Notes under the pieces: generated by a model | Database searches by the model: none | What the model was told of the DNA's origin: nothing | Seen by the model: only the letters and a program-made list of their open reading frames with translations | Assembly: GCA_963664305.2 (NCBI GenBank) | Contig: CAXXLV010000002.1 | Span: 1,280,001-1,344,000, forward strand | Source of the DNA: an uncultured Aliarcobacter sp. | Lineage (GTDB): Bacteria > Campylobacterota > Campylobacteria > Campylobacterales > Arcobacteraceae | Length of the DNA stretch: 64,000 bases | Direction: 5' to 3' | Shown: in pieces, positions 19,293 through 29,519 of the stretch | How the letters are laid out: each line of letters starts with the position of its first letter | Numbering within the stretch: position 1 is the stretch's first letter | Program-made: the position numbers and the translations under genes

Positions 19293-19335
19293 AAACATAA
19301 AAACCATATCAAAAAAACATCTTTTTTTATATACT
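19293..19335 (+). promoter_or_regulatory. Degenerate direct-repeat promoter motif copy 4 (upstream of blc)
   Basis: AAACATAAAAACCATATCAAA, TATACT at 19330 with the same spacing as the other copies. Confidence 0.4.
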
Positions 19336-19355
19336 AAAATAAAAAAGGATTTTTT

Positions 19356-19877
19356 ATGTTAAAAATTTTCAAACTTCTAATCATCACTTCTTTTGTACTT
19401 TTATTTACAGCTTGTTCTTCAAAAAATCCACCTCTACAAACTGTAGAAAAAGTAGAACTAAATAAGTATTTAGGTACTTGGTACGAAATAGCAAGATTTG
19501 AACACTTTTTTGAAAGAGATTGTAAAAATGTAACTGCAAACTACTCTATGATAGATGTTGAGACAATCAAAGTAATTAACAGATGTACAAAAATCCAAAC
19601 AAATGAGAAAAAAGAGGCAATTGGTAGAGCTTATGCAATTGATGAATCAAACAGCAAATTAAAAGTTAGTTTTTTTAGACCATTTTATGGGGATTATTGG
19701 GTTTTAATGCTTGATGAAAACTATAAATATGCCGTTGTTGGAACACCAAGTAGAGAGTATCTTTGGATTTTAGCAAGAGATTCAAAACTAGATGAAAAAA
19801 TCAAAAATGAGATTTTACAAAAACTCCCAAGTTTAGGATTTGACAGTTCAAAATTAATCTGGACTATTCAGGAATAA
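19356..19877 (+). CDS. blc: Outer-membrane lipoprotein lipocalin Blc
   Basis: Lipobox FTAC, YLGTWYEIAR, LKVSFFRPFYGDYW, YLWILAR. Confidence 0.9.
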   Translation: MLKIFKLLIITSFVLLFTACSSKNPPLQTVEKVELNKYLGTWYEIARFEHFFERDCKNVTANYSMIDVETIKVINRCTKIQTNEKKEAIGRAYAIDESNSKLKVSFFRPFYGDYWVLMLDENYKYAVVGTPSREYLWILARDSKLDEKIKNEILQKLPSLGFDSSKLIWTIQE

Positions 19878-19880
19878 AAA

Positions 19881-20189
19881 ATGTACTTTGAAAAAAAAGA
19901 GAGTTTAAAACTAGATTTTACAAAAAAATCAAAAAAGGAAAAACAAGATTTGAGTACTTTTCAAGAAGAAGACTTAAATCGTTTGATTGAAATGGCATGG
20001 CAAGATAGAACTACTTTTGACACTATCTTTGAACTTTATGGTTTAACAGAAAATCAAGTAAAAAAGAAAATGCGAACTTTAATGAAAAGTAGTAGTTTTA
20101 AAATGTGGAGAAAAAGAGTTCAAGGAAAAGCTACAAAACATAAGAAAAAAGTTTTACATAAGGTTACAAGGTTTCAAGGACCTTGGTAA
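19881..20189 (+). CDS. TIGR03643/DUF2805 family protein
   Basis: IEMAWQDRTTF, SSFKMWRKRV.G. Confidence 0.85.
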   Translation: MYFEKKESLKLDFTKKSKKEKQDLSTFQEEDLNRLIEMAWQDRTTFDTIFELYGLTENQVKKKMRTLMKSSSFKMWRKRVQGKATKHKKKVLHKVTRFQGPW

Positions 20190-20348
20190 TTAAATCTAAA
20201 AGTTTAAAAATTAACTATTTTTAAAACAAAAAATAACAATAAAATAAGCAATATACAACAATTAAACTAGCATAAATTAAGAAGAATAATTTAAAAAAAA
20301 ACTCTACAATTCTGAATATTTTTTAAAAATTCATAAAAGGCAAAATAG

Positions 20349-21800
20349 ATGAAAAAAATCTCAAAAGTACTTATTGCAAATAGAGGAGAGATAGCTCTTA
20401 GAATTATCAGAGCTTGTAAAGAGTTAGAAATAGCAAGTGTAGCAATATTTTCAGAAATTGATGTTGAAGGTATTTGGGTTAGAAAAGCTGATGAATGTTA
20501 TCCAATCATGGGAGATGTAGTTCAAGCATATCTTGATTATGAAAAAATCATCTCTATTGCAAAAAAATCTGATTGTGATGCAATTCATCCAGGATATGGA
20601 TTTTTAAGTGAAAATGCTGATTTTGCAAGAGCATGTGAAGAAAATGGTTTAATTTTTATTGGTCCTAAACCTGAACATATTGAACTATTTGGTGATAAAA
20701 TGGCTTCTAAAGTTGCTATGAAAAAAGTTGGAGTTCCAGTTCTTGAAGGTACAGACGAGCCTATTTTAGATGTAAAAGAAGGTGCTAGAATTGCAAAAGA
20801 AATCGGTTTCCCAGTAATCATCAAAGCAGCATTTGGTGGTGGTGGACGAGGTATGAGAATCGTTCGAGCTGAAAAAGAGTTCAAAGATATGTTTGAAAGT
20901 GCAACAAATGAAGCAAAAAAATATTTTGGTCGTGGTGAAGCATTTATTGAAAAATATGTAGAAAATCCAAGACATATTGAAATTCAAATTATTGCTGATA
21001 AATATGGAAACGTTCTTCATTTAGGTGAAAGAGATTGTTCTATCCAAAGAAGACATCAAAAAGTTATTGAAATTGCTCCAAGTCCAAGATTAGATGCAAG
21101 TACTAGAAAAGAATTATATAGAATTGCAACAAAAGCTATGTTCAAATTAGGATACGAAAGTGTTGGAACAATTGAGTTTTTAGTTGATGAAAGCAATAAT
21201 ATCTTCTTTATTGAAATGAATACAAGAGTTCAAGTTGAGCATCCTGTTACTGAAACAATCACAGGTGTTGATATTATTCAAAGAATGATTGAAATAGCTG
21301 AAGGTGATAAACTTCAATTCTTACAAGAAGATGTTCAATTCAGAGGTTATGCAATCGAATTTAGAATAAACGCTGAAAATCCACAAAAAAACTTCATGCC
21401 ATCTGTTGGAACAATTAGTAAATATTTAACTCCAGGAGGTCCAGGAGTAAGAATTGATACAAGTATTTATACTGGATATAAAGTTCCTGCAAATTATGAT
21501 TCAATGATTGGAAAATTAATCGTTTGGGCACTTGACTGGAAAGGTGCAGTTAAAAAAGCAAAAAGAGCTTTAGATGAATTCTATATAGAAGGATTCCCTA
21601 CAAATATTCCACTTCATAGAGAAATTGTAAGAGACCAAGATTTTATTGATGGAAAATTTACTACTAATTATCTTGATAAAAAAATGGAAATTTTTACATT
21701 ACACAGTGAAGATAATATTAAAAAAGAAGAAGAAAAAGTTGCTAATATCATGAAACTTATTGAGACTATCAACAAAAATAATTTAAAAGTTAAACATTAA
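20349..21800 (+). CDS. Biotin carboxylase subunit (pyruvate carboxylase subunit A / AccC type)
   Basis: IANRGEIA, HPGYGFLSEN, GGGGRGMR, ERDCSIQRRHQK, EMNTRVQVEH. Confidence 0.93.
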   Translation: MKKISKVLIANRGEIALRIIRACKELEIASVAIFSEIDVEGIWVRKADECYPIMGDVVQAYLDYEKIISIAKKSDCDAIHPGYGFLSENADFARACEENGLIFIGPKPEHIELFGDKMASKVAMKKVGVPVLEGTDEPILDVKEGARIAKEIGFPVIIKAAFGGGGRGMRIVRAEKEFKDMFESATNEAKKYFGRGEAFIEKYVENPRHIEIQIIADKYGNVLHLGERDCSIQRRHQKVIEIAPSPRLDASTRKELYRIATKAMFKLGYESVGTIEFLVDESNNIFFIEMNTRVQVEHPVTETITGVDIIQRMIEIAEGDKLQFLQEDVQFRGYAIEFRINAENPQKNFMPSVGTISKYLTPGGPGVRIDTSIYTGYKVPANYDSMIGKLIVWALDWKGAVKKAKRALDEFYIEGFPTNIPLHREIVRDQDFIDGKFTTNYLDKKMEIFTLHSEDNIKKEEEKVANIMKLIETINKNNLKVKH

Positions 21801-21823
21801 TAACCTCTTTTAGAGGTTATTAA
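21797..21823 (+). terminator. Hairpin after biotin carboxylase
   Basis: TTAATAACCTCT-ttt-AGAGGTTATTAA. Confidence 0.7.
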
Positions 21824-21866
21824 ACTCCACAGAAAAAATTAATCAAAATAATGTAAAAATCTTTTT

Positions 21867-22082
21867 ATGAAAGATTTAAAAGATACAATTATAAAACTAA
21901 TTATTAGTGCCATCATTTTAGCTATTGCATTTTCATATCTTGAAAAAAAGCCAACTACAACTGCAATACATTTTGATACTTCAAAAAATCAAAAAACAGA
22001 AGCAACTCCATCACAACTTCAATGGTATGATTCTTTTAAAGGTATAGAAAATCTTCCTTCAAAACCAAAACAAGATAATTAA
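21867..22082 (+). CDS. Small hypothetical membrane-anchored protein
   Basis: 71-aa intergenic ORF with one TM helix. Confidence 0.55.
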   Translation: MKDLKDTIIKLIISAIILAIAFSYLEKKPTTTAIHFDTSKNQKTEATPSQLQWYDSFKGIENLPSKPKQDN

Positions 22083-22205
22083 TTTATTTTAATAATAATA
22101 TTTGCCTAGTATTTAATAGTAATTAAGCTAAAATTAAGTATTATTTATCTTATTTTCATCTTTTTAGTTGTATTATTTGGCAATTTATAAAGCGAAAGAA
22201 AAAAG

Positions 22206-24356
22206 ATGTCAGAAAATAATTTTTGTGATTTAGATGAACAATATGATGTAGATAAAGTAAATCTTTCATCAATTGAATATAATCAAATTCTAAATTTACA
22301 ACAACAAATTTTAGAGATGTTATCAACTAATACTAATACAGCACAAATATTGTCAAAACTTTGTGCGTTAGCTGAATCACTACTTCCAAATTCTGTAGCT
22401 TCAATCATGTTAAAAAATAAAGAAAATGGGCTTATGAGTATAAAAGCTGCTCCATCTATTCCTCAAAGTGGACAAAATAGACTTGAAAATCTAAAACCAG
22501 GTCCAACGGGTGGTTCTTGTGGTAATGCTGTTTATAAAAATTTACCTCAATTTGTAAAAAATACTTTCACAGATAAAAGATGGGCTGACCTTAAACAAGT
22601 TGCAATTGATTTTAATATATGTTCTTGTTGGTCTATGCCAATTAGAGATAAATTAAGAAACCCTATTGGTTCATTTGCCCTATCTTCATTTGAACATAGA
22701 TCTCCAAATGTTTTTCATATAAAATTATTAAGAACTGCTGCTTCAATAGTAAGTATAGTTTTAGAAAATGAAGAGATTCAAAAAAGAAATAGATTATTTT
22801 CAATAGCATTAAAAGACTCTTCAGATGGAATTATAATTACTGATGAAAAAAATCAAATTATTGAAATAAATGATGCCGTTGAAAAAATCTATGGATATAA
22901 AAAAGAAGAGTTATTAGGTAAAAATCCTAAAATTTTATCTTCAAATTTACATGATGATAATTTCTATGAAAATATGTGGAAAAAAATAAAAAAAGATTCA
23001 AAATGGAGTGGTGAAATTATCAATAGAAAAAAAGATAATTCATTAATTCATGAATGGATGAGTATTAGTGCAATTCAAGATGAAAATAAACAAACTCACA
23101 ACTATTTTGCCATTTTTACAGATTTAACTCAGTTAAAAGAAGCTCAAAATAAAATGGAATATATGGCTTATCATGATCCACTTACACATCTATATAATAA
23201 AAGCCACTTAATTTCAATCATAAATACTCCAAGTTATAAAACATTGATTCTTTTAAATATCAATAATTTTAGTTATATTAATACAGCTTACGGTTTTGAT
23301 GTTGGTGATGAGATTTTAATTTCTGTTTCTGAAATTTTAAACAACAATTTTGAAATTGATACTCTTTGCAAAATTCATTCTGATGAATTTGCATTGGTTT
23401 TTAATAGTGAAATTTCTATTATTGATAAAATTTCAGAAATTCAAAATTATTTTATGAAAAATCTAATCAATGTAAAAAAAATCAAATTAAATATTACCTT
23501 CTCTTATGGTGCAGTTTATGGTAATGAAATGCTTTTACGAAAAGCTTCAACAGCTTTAAAAGAAGCAAAAGAAAATGGAAAAAATAGATTTGAAATTTTT
23601 GAACAAAATTATAGTATTGACTATACAAAAAGAGAAGCTTTTATAAACAATACGAATCTTATAAAATCAGCATTAGATAATGACCAATTTTTCCCTTTTT
23701 TCCAAGGAATTTATGATAATCTAAATCACAATATAACAAAATATGAAGCCCTTGCTAGAATTGTTTTAGATGATAAAATCATTTCTCCTTTTGAATTCTT
23801 AGAACCAGCTAGATTATCTGGACTTTTACCTGAAATCACAAAAGTTATGATTGACAAAACTTTTAAAACTATGGCAAAAAACAATTTCTCATTTTCAATA
23901 AATATAACAGAAGATGATTTAGCAGAAAACTATCTTGTTGATTATTTAGATGAGAAAATCACATCTTATAAAATTAATCCAAATAGAGTTATTCTTGAAA
24001 TTCTTGAAGGTGTTAGTTCAACTGGCAAAAAAAATCATATCAAACAATTAACAGCACTAAAAAGTAAGGGTTTTAAAATAGCTATTGATGATTTTGGTGC
24101 TGAATATTCAAATTTTGAAAGAATTTTAGATTTGGATATTGATTTTTTGAAAATTGACTCAAAATATATAAAAGATATTGATACAAATAAAAGAAGTTTT
24201 GAAATTGTAAAAGCTATCGCTTTTTTTGCTAAAAATGTAAAAATTCCTTGTATCGCTGAATTTGTTCACAATGAAAGTGTACAAAAAATTGTAAATGACT
24301 TAGGTATAAATTTTTCTCAAGGTTACTTCTTTTCTGTTCCAAGTAAAAACATCTAA
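22206..24356 (+). CDS. GAF-PAS-GGDEF(degenerate)-EAL phosphodiesterase
   Basis: GAF (GSCG.A, CWSMP), PAS (GKNP.IL..W.GE), HSDEF in place of GGDEF, YEAL and DDFG intact. Confidence 0.9.
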   Translation: MSENNFCDLDEQYDVDKVNLSSIEYNQILNLQQQILEMLSTNTNTAQILSKLCALAESLLPNSVASIMLKNKENGLMSIKAAPSIPQSGQNRLENLKPGPTGGSCGNAVYKNLPQFVKNTFTDKRWADLKQVAIDFNICSCWSMPIRDKLRNPIGSFALSSFEHRSPNVFHIKLLRTAASIVSIVLENEEIQKRNRLFSIALKDSSDGIIITDEKNQIIEINDAVEKIYGYKKEELLGKNPKILSSNLHDDNFYENMWKKIKKDSKWSGEIINRKKDNSLIHEWMSISAIQDENKQTHNYFAIFTDLTQLKEAQNKMEYMAYHDPLTHLYNKSHLISIINTPSYKTLILLNINNFSYINTAYGFDVGDEILISVSEILNNNFEIDTLCKIHSDEFALVFNSEISIIDKISEIQNYFMKNLINVKKIKLNITFSYGAVYGNEMLLRKASTALKEAKENGKNRFEIFEQNYSIDYTKREAFINNTNLIKSALDNDQFFPFFQGIYDNLNHNITKYEALARIVLDDKIISPFEFLEPARLSGLLPEITKVMIDKTFKTMAKNNFSFSINITEDDLAENYLVDYLDEKITSYKINPNRVILEILEGVSSTGKKNHIKQLTALKSKGFKIAIDDFGAEYSNFERILDLDIDFLKIDSKYIKDIDTNKRSFEIVKAIAFFAKNVKIPCIAEFVHNESVQKIVNDLGINFSQGYFFSVPSKNI

Positions 24357-24523
24357 AATTATCATTCCAAAAATTACTTTTTTTAACTACTTATAACTCA
24401 CTTATTTATTTAATAATTTAAAAATAATAAATTTAAGACTCATTTAATCTTATTTCTCTTTATATAAGTTAAAATAATAACTTTATTATAAGAAAATCAA
24501 ATTTAACAAACAAGAGGAAGTAG

Positions 24524-26476
24524 ATGTTAAAAAATTTAAAGATGAGGGCTAAAATATTTCTAATAGTAATATTAGGAATTGTTGCATTAACTGTAGTTGC
24601 AATTCCAACTATAATTCAACTAAATTCAACTATTGACAGATTAGACAAAGCAGAAGAGTTAAATAAAGTTGATAGACGTTTTAATGAAATGAGAAGACAA
24701 GAAAAAAATTTCATTATTAGAAAAGATACAGAAAGTTTAGATGCATTTCAAAAAGCATATGATGATGGAATTAAAGTAATTAATGATTTATCAAAAAGAT
24801 TTAATAATCCAAAAAATCAAAAAATGTTAGAAGATATTAAATCTTCATTAGTTAATTATAAAAATGACTTTTTTGTATTAGTTAAAGAGATTGAATCTGA
24901 ACATGCCCAAGAATATAAAATGACAGATTCAGAAAAAACAATGGTAGAAAAAGCTAGAGAAACAAGTGAATTAATGGTTGTCTTTAGACGAGACCAAAAT
25001 AATCAAGCTGATGAAGAAATCAATGGATTAAAAACTACAATTATAACTGTTGGAATAATTGCTTTACTTTTACTTATTTCGCTAGGAACACTTATCGCTA
25101 ATTCTATTCTAAATGGATTAACTAGATTAAAAACAGGTCTTTTAAGTTTCTTTAGTTATTTAAATAGAGAAGCTCAAGATGTAGAATTAATCCACATTGA
25201 TTCAAAAGATGAATTTGGTGAAATGGCAACAGTTGTAAATGAAAACATAGAAAAAACAAAAAAAGGTATCGAAGAAGATAGAAAATTAATAGATGAGACA
25301 ATTGCCGTTTTAGGAGAATTTGAACAAGGTGATTTATGTCAAAGATTAAATATAACTGTAGATAATCCAGCATTAATGGAACTAAAAAATGTATTAAATA
25401 AAATGGCAAATAATCTTGAAAAAAATATTGATAATGTATTAAATATTTTAGATGAATATAGTAATTATAAATATTTAAATAAAATTGATAAAAGAGGATT
25501 AAAAGAACATCTTTTAAATCTTGCAAATGGCGTAAATACGCTTGGTGATTCAATAACACAAATGCTAAAAGAGAATAAAACAAATGGATTGACTTTAGAT
25601 AAAAGTTCAAATATTCTTTTATCTAATGTTGATAAATTAAATATCAGTTCAAATGAAGCAGCAGCTTCTTTAGAAGAAACAGCAGCAGCTTTAGAGCAAA
25701 TTACTTCAAATATTAGAAATAATACGCAAAATATAGCAAAAATGGCAAGTTATTCAAGTAATGTAACAAAATCTGCAAAAGATGGTGAAAAACTTGCAAA
25801 TCAAACAACTCAATCAATGGATGAGATAAATAATCAAGTTAATTTAATCAATGAAGCAATTACAGTTATTGACCAAATAGCATTCCAAACAAATATTCTT
25901 TCTTTAAATGCGGCTGTTGAAGCTGCAACTGCTGGAGAAGCTGGAAAAGGATTTGCAGTTGTAGCACAAGAAGTAAGAAACTTAGCATCTCGTTCAGCAG
26001 AAGCCGCTAAAGAGATAAAAATCATAGTAGAGAATGCAACTAAAAAAGCAAATGAAGGGAAAGATATAGCTTCAAATATGATTAGTGGATATAAAGAGTT
26101 AAATGAAAATATTTCTAATACAATAAACCTAATTCAAGATATCGAAATGTCAAGTAAAGAGCAACTTTCAGGAATAGAACAAATCAATGATGCTGTAAAT
26201 CAATTAGACCAACAAACTCAACAAAATGCAGCTGTTGCAAATCAAACTCATGATGTAGCAATTATTACAGATGAGATTGCAAAACTAATAGTAAATGATG
26301 CAAATGCAAAAGAATTTGAAGGGAAAAATGAAGTAAAAGCAAAAGATATAAATTTAGATAAAAAAGATAATTTTAATCAAATAAAATCATCTTCAAAACA
26401 AAAAGATACACAATCAAAAAAAGATACAAAAGTTGTATCAAACAAAACAAACAATGATGAATGGGAAAGCTTTTAA
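24524..26476 (+). CDS. Membrane methyl-accepting chemotaxis protein with C-terminal pentapeptide
   Basis: Two TMs, [30 protein letters not shown], ends EWESF. Confidence 0.95.
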   Translation: MLKNLKMRAKIFLIVILGIVALTVVAIPTIIQLNSTIDRLDKAEELNKVDRRFNEMRRQEKNFIIRKDTESLDAFQKAYDDGIKVINDLSKRFNNPKNQKMLEDIKSSLVNYKNDFFVLVKEIESEHAQEYKMTDSEKTMVEKARETSELMVVFRRDQNNQADEEINGLKTTIITVGIIALLLLISLGTLIANSILNGLTRLKTGLLSFFSYLNREAQDVELIHIDSKDEFGEMATVVNENIEKTKKGIEEDRKLIDETIAVLGEFEQGDLCQRLNITVDNPALMELKNVLNKMANNLEKNIDNVLNILDEYSNYKYLNKIDKRGLKEHLLNLANGVNTLGDSITQMLKENKTNGLTLDKSSNILLSNVDKLNISSNEAAASLEETAAALEQITSNIRNNTQNIAKMASYSSNVTKSAKDGEKLANQTTQSMDEINNQVNLINEAITVIDQIAFQTNILSLNAAVEAATAGEAGKGFAVVAQEVRNLASRSAEAAKEIKIIVENATKKANEGKDIASNMISGYKELNENISNTINLIQDIEMSSKEQLSGIEQINDAVNQLDQQTQQNAAVANQTHDVAIITDEIAKLIVNDANAKEFEGKNEVKAKDINLDKKDNFNQIKSSSKQKDTQSKKDTKVVSNKTNNDEWESF

Positions 26477-26486
26477 GCTTTCTCAT
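26461..26486. terminator. Hairpin between convergent genes
   Basis: ATGGGAAAGCTT-tt-AAGCTTTCTCAT. Confidence 0.55.
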
Positions 26487-26491
26487 AAAAA

Positions 26492-27355
26492 CTAATTTTT
26501 TCTCTTTTTATACAAAGCTATAAATATTCCAAAAAGTATAATAAAAGTTGAAATAAAAAGTTCAAATGTTATCTTTTCATTTAAAATCAAAACACTTAAA
26601 AATATAGCAATAATTGGCACTAAAAGTTGTAAAATACTTGCAGTTATAATCTCTATTCTTGGTAAAACTTCATACCAAATCAAATAACCTAAAGCTGATG
26701 TTATCATTCCAGAAGTAATAGCAACAAAAAAAGTAAATAAATCAACTTTGAAAATATCTATAAATAAAAAGCCAAAAATTATAGTAAAAATTGATGCTTT
26801 GAAAAAATTATCAGTTGTATTGTATGTTGCATTTGTTGATTTCTTCCCTAAAACACTATAAACACCCCAAGAAATTCCTGCAATAATCATCAAAAATGAA
26901 TGAAAAAAAGAGATAGAAAAATCTTCTTTGGGATAAAGTAAATAAACCAATCCAGCAAAAGCTATCAAAACACCAACTATTTTATTTATAGTTAATTTTT
27001 CTTTATAAAAAAGTGCAATTAAAATCATACTTAGTTGAACTACAGCAAAAAGAATTAAAGTTCCAACTCCTGCATACATATTTATAAAAGAGTAAGAAAA
27101 ACAAATAGCATAAGAAAAAAGCATAAAAGAACTAATCCAGTTTCTTTTAAAATCTAATTTTAAATTTTTATTTTTATAAAAATAGATAAATAATAAAAAT
27201 ATTGCCCCAGAGAATATTCTTAAAAAAGTAAATGAGTATGCATCTATATTTTGTGTTGAAATTGCCATTTTACACAAAATAGAGTTTGCACTTAAAAACA
27301 AAAGTGAAATAAAGATAAGAATTAGAAGTTTAAAATCAATATTTATAGCTTTCAT
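26492..27355 (-). CDS. DMT/EamA family transporter
   Basis: ~10 TM helices, FT.LR..SG, W..YS..GK. Confidence 0.85.
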   Translation of the reverse strand: MKAINIDFKLLILIFISLLFLSANSILCKMAISTQNIDAYSFTFLRIFSGAIFLLFIYFYKNKNLKLDFKRNWISSFMLFSYAICFSYSFINMYAGVGTLILFAVVQLSMILIALFYKEKLTINKIVGVLIAFAGLVYLLYPKEDFSISFFHSFLMIIAGISWGVYSVLGKKSTNATYNTTDNFFKASIFTIIFGFLFIDIFKVDLFTFFVAITSGMITSALGYLIWYEVLPRIEIITASILQLLVPIIAIFLSVLILNEKITFELFISTFIILFGIFIALYKKRKN

Positions 27356-27363
27356 TTAAACTC

Positions 27364-27783
27364 CTAAATTCCAATAATCGTTGCAACTATTTTTCTACTT
27401 CCACCATGATTTCTATGTTCACCAAGATAAATACCTTGCCAAGTTCCAAGGTTTAATTTTCCATTTGTAATAGGTATTGTAAGACTTACCCCAAACAGTG
27501 AAGATTTGATATGAGCTGGCATATCATCTTCACCTTCATAAGTGTGAATGAAATAATTTTTATTTGAAACTACATCGTTTACAAAGTTCTCCATATCACT
27601 TCTTACACTACTATCACAATTTTCATTTAATGACAAACTTGCACTTGTATGTTTTAAAAGTAAGTTTAAAGTACCTATTTTGAAATTTTTTAGTTCTTCT
27701 AAATTTGATAAAACTTCATCAGTTATTAAATGAAAACCTCTTTGTTTTGCTTTTAATGAAAACTCTTTTTGAAAAACTTGCAA
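27364..27783 (-). CDS. yjbQ: YjbQ/UPF0047 family protein
   Basis: HTSASLSLNEN, EG.DDMPAHIKSSL, LGTWQGIYL.EH. Confidence 0.92.
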   Translation of the reverse strand: MQVFQKEFSLKAKQRGFHLITDEVLSNLEELKNFKIGTLNLLLKHTSASLSLNENCDSSVRSDMENFVNDVVSNKNYFIHTYEGEDDMPAHIKSSLFGVSLTIPITNGKLNLGTWQGIYLGEHRNHGGSRKIVATIIGI

Positions 27784-27816
27784 ACTTATCCTTTTTATTT
27801 TATTATAAAATAATTT

Positions 27817-29274
27817 TTATGAAGAACAAGATAATTTTATATTTGCAAATTTCATAGGTGTTGGTTGGGCAAATCTTTCAAACTCTTCATGTTCATCAAA
27901 TGGATTTTGTGCAATTTTTAGTAACTCATTTACTAAACTATAATCACCCTCGTCTGCTTTTTCAATAGCTTCTTGAAGCATATAGTTTTTTAGTATATAT
28001 TTTGGATTTACTTTTTTCATAATTTCAAATCTACTTTCAAAACTACTATTTTGCTCATCACAAGCTCTTTTATATGAATCAAACCATTTTCTCAAAGGGT
28101 CTTGAAAAACTGCTATATCTAAAATAGAAGATAAATCATCAAAAGATTTTAGATTTGTTAATCTATAAAAGAAAACATTGTAATCCATTTTTGAAGACTC
28201 TAATGCTCCAAGTAATTCAATAATCAAAAATTGGTTTGCATCACCACTTTTTGAAGCATCAAGCCCTACTCTTTTGTTCATCATATCTAAATATATTTTT
28301 TTGTGAATTGATAAATAAAATTTCATATAATTCTCTAACTTCTCTTCATCACATATTTTTTTCAAAGCATTTATTAGAACAAAGAGATTCCAACGTGCCA
28401 CAAATGGTTGATTGTTATATGAATATCTTCCTTCAACATCTGTATGATTACAAATTGCATTTTTTTCAAAATAATCCATAAAAGCATATGGTCCATAATC
28501 AATAGTAAGTCCAGCCATTGAAAAATTATCTGTATTCATAACTCCATGTTGAAAACCATAAACTTGCCACAAAGCCATAAGTTCTGCAGTTCTATCAACA
28601 AGCTTATAAAACATTTTTTCATATTTTTCATCTTCATTTTCAAGTTCAGGATATGACTGTTTTATTACATAATCAGCTAATTGTTTTAGATTTTTTTCAG
28701 AGTTTTCCTTTGTTCTTGCAAAAAATTCAAAAGTTCCTATTCTAATCCACGAAGGTGACATTCTTAAAACTATGGCACATGATTCTTGATTCCATTCTCT
28801 ATGGGCAAAAGTTTCTGAATCAATTATTGCTAAAGCTCTTGTTGTTGGTATTCCAAGAGCAAACATTGCCTCACTTATAAGATATTCTCTTATACTTGAG
28901 CGTAAAACTGCTCTTCCATCTCCTTGCCTAGAATATCGTGTTAATCCAGAACCTTTTGTTTGTAAATGCCAACCATTTATACTTCCTAGATTTATTGCTC
29001 TTCCATCTCCAAGTTGTGGAACAAAATAACCAAATTGATGTCCAGCATAAACCATACTATATGGAATACTTCCATTTAATATTTTTTCACCATTTATAAA
29101 TTTCAAAAACTCTTGTGTCTCACACTCTTCATAATCTAAACCTATTAAATCACATGCTTTTTTATTAAAAGAGACTAATTTTGGATTTTTTAAAGGACTT
29201 GCTTTTAATTTTTGGTATAACTTTTCATCAAATTCAAAAAAATCTACATCTATTTTTAATTCATCTAATTTCAT
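27817..29274 (-). CDS. selO: Protein adenylyltransferase SelO/YdiU
   Basis: YAGHQFG, LGDGRA, KGSG.T.YSR.GDGRAVLRS, HGVMNTDN, IDYGP, C-terminal CSS. Confidence 0.95.
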   Translation of the reverse strand: MKLDELKIDVDFFEFDEKLYQKLKASPLKNPKLVSFNKKACDLIGLDYEECETQEFLKFINGEKILNGSIPYSMVYAGHQFGYFVPQLGDGRAINLGSINGWHLQTKGSGLTRYSRQGDGRAVLRSSIREYLISEAMFALGIPTTRALAIIDSETFAHREWNQESCAIVLRMSPSWIRIGTFEFFARTKENSEKNLKQLADYVIKQSYPELENEDEKYEKMFYKLVDRTAELMALWQVYGFQHGVMNTDNFSMAGLTIDYGPYAFMDYFEKNAICNHTDVEGRYSYNNQPFVARWNLFVLINALKKICDEEKLENYMKFYLSIHKKIYLDMMNKRVGLDASKSGDANQFLIIELLGALESSKMDYNVFFYRLTNLKSFDDLSSILDIAVFQDPLRKWFDSYKRACDEQNSSFESRFEIMKKVNPKYILKNYMLQEAIEKADEGDYSLVNELLKIAQNPFDEHEEFERFAQPTPMKFANIKLSCSS

Positions 29275-29519
29275 TATTTATTCTCTTTTTTTCTTAAAAA
29301 TTATTATTATATATGCAAGAACTCTACCAAAAGAAAACATAAAATAGGATAATATATATCTTATTTTAAAACTTTATTTTTTGAAGTATAAGATTATCAA
29401 ATAATAATAATTAACAAACTTCAAAAACTCTTATGAAAACACCATAATTTCCATACAAATGGTATATAAGATTATGATAACATACACATAAAATTTAAAT
29501 AAATAAAAGGTATTAGTAT

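Noticed and set aside
22121..24455. A[AT]TTAAG 11-bp-period repeats upstream of the PDE (22121) and the MCP (24431)
   Set aside because: Nearly all A/T; cannot be distinguished from background by eye
27817..27840. Selenocysteine at the SelO C-terminus
   Set aside because: Sequence reads TGT TCT TCA TAA (CSS-stop); no in-frame TGA
29440..29483. Fifth copy of the TACAAA repeat motif upstream of the PAS chemoreceptor
   Set aside because: Only the second half (CCATACAAA) matches and the -10 spacing is off by one; too weak in AT-rich DNA
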